Source: Malacoraja senta (taxonomy: Eukaryota). Taken from it: DNA of 64,000 bases. The notes beneath the pieces are model-generated. The model was not told the DNA's origin and made no database searches. It was given only the letters and a program-made list of their open reading frames with translations. The DNA is taken from positions 173,476,001 through 173,540,000 of the forward strand of contig CM075978.1 of NCBI GenBank assembly GCA_038087875.1, in the 5' to 3' direction. Shown here one piece after another: positions 62,842 through 64,000 of this stretch. Each line of letters opens with the position of its first letter. Position 1 is the first letter of the stretch. The translations under genes were made by a program, and so were the position numbers.

Positions 62842-64000
62842 TGAGCTCACCCTCAGCAACTTCTTCTTTGACTCCTTCCACTTCCTCCAAGTCCAAGGCG
62901 TAGCCAAGGGCACCAGCATGGGCCCCAGCTATGCCTGCCGCTTTGTAGGGTACGTTGAACAATCCCTGTACACTGGCCCTATCCCCAAACTCCATTACAT
63001 TGGTGACTGCATCGGTGCTACCTCCTGCACCCATGCAGAACTCATGGACTTCATCAACCTCACCACCAATTTTCATCCTGCACTGCAATTTACTTACACC
63101 TCCCTCCCCTTTCTTGATCTCAGTCTCCATCACAAGAAATAGACTATTGACTGACGTCGATTACAAACCCACTGACTCCCACAACTATCTCCACTACACT
63201 TCTTCCCACCCTGCTTCCTGCAAGGACTCTATTCCCTACTCCCAATTCCTCAGTCTACACTGCATCTGCGCCCAAGATGAGGTGTTCCATACCAGGACAT
63301 CCGAGATGTCCTCGTTCTTTAGGGAACAGGGGTTCCCCTCTCCCATCATAAATGAGGCCATCACTTGTGTCTCCTCTGTACCCTGCAGCTCCGCCCTTAC
63401 TCCCCCTCACCCTAATCACAACAGAGACCGAGTCCCCCTAGTCCTTACCTTCCACCCCATTAGCCATCGCATACAACACATAATCCTCCGAAATATCCGC
63501 CACGTCCAACGGGATCCCACCACTAACCCCATTTTCTCATCTCAACCCCTTTCTGCCACCCACAGAGACCGTTCCCTCCACAACTCCCTGGTTAACTCAT
63601 CCCTTCCCACCCAAACCACCCCCTCCCCAGGTACCTTCCCCTGCAACCGCAGAAGATGCAACACTTGTCCCTATACCTCCTCCCTCGACTCTGTCCAGGG
63701 ACCCCGACAGTCCTTTCAGGTTAGGCAGAGGTTCACTTGCACCTCCTCCAACATCATCTACTGTATCTGTTGTTCAAGATGTGGACTCTTATACATCGGC
63801 GAGGCTAAACGCATTCTGGGCGATCGTTTCGCAGAACACCTTCGCTCAGCCTGCGTGAACCAACTTGATATCCCAGTTGCTGGACAATTTAATTCTGCTT
63901 CCCATTCCCACAGAGACCTTTCGGTCCTAGGTCTCCTCCATTGTCAGAGTGAGGCTAAACGCAAATTGGAGGAACAGCATCTCATATTTCGCTTGGGCAG
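62842..64000 (+). mobile_element. Penelope/Poseidon-like retroelement: RT plus GIY-YIG endonuclease (decayed; runs off the window end)
   Basis: LQVQGVAKGTSMGPSYAC, YIGDCIGA (YIDD mutated) and LPFLDL; then RFTCTSSNIIYCICCSRCGLLYIGEAKR...RFAEHLRS. Confidence 0.93.

Overview
Vertebrate nuclear DNA, very probably a cartilaginous fish (skate/ray/shark). This is inferred from its repeats: HE1/V-SINE-type SINEs, HER1/CR1 LINEs, Rex-Babar and Penelope/Poseidon. I found no intact host protein-coding exon. The window looks like a CpG-island promoter and non-coding first exon of an unidentified minus-strand gene (about 55.3-56.2 kb), followed by a very long repeat-rich intronic region running toward position 1. 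Supported elements: an IR/DR Tc1 fossil with TA TSD; CR1, L2, RTE-X, Rex-Babar, L1-type and Penelope retroelements with up to four levels of nesting; many tRNA-derived SINEs; Helitrons; and Harbinger-, hAT- and Tigger-type MITEs. The most interesting signals are: (i) a three-copy TAG...CTA DNA transposon family with 7-bp C-N5-G TSDs (hATw-like), whose longest copy keeps a decayed exon encoding a Spindlin/Tudor-like C-terminal domain; (ii) many Penelope-derived mini-elements with 12-16 bp TSDs carrying minimal hammerhead-ribozyme cores; (iii) a Helitron apparently inserted into the TCTA|T 5' end of a sister Helitron next to a (TCTA)n array; (iv) an L1-type insertion with a 75-bp TSD; and (v) SINE/MITE families resembling teleost and mammalian elements. 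There is a 200-N gap at 26301-26500. Family names come from motif recognition, not database searches, and boundaries of degraded repeats are approximate.
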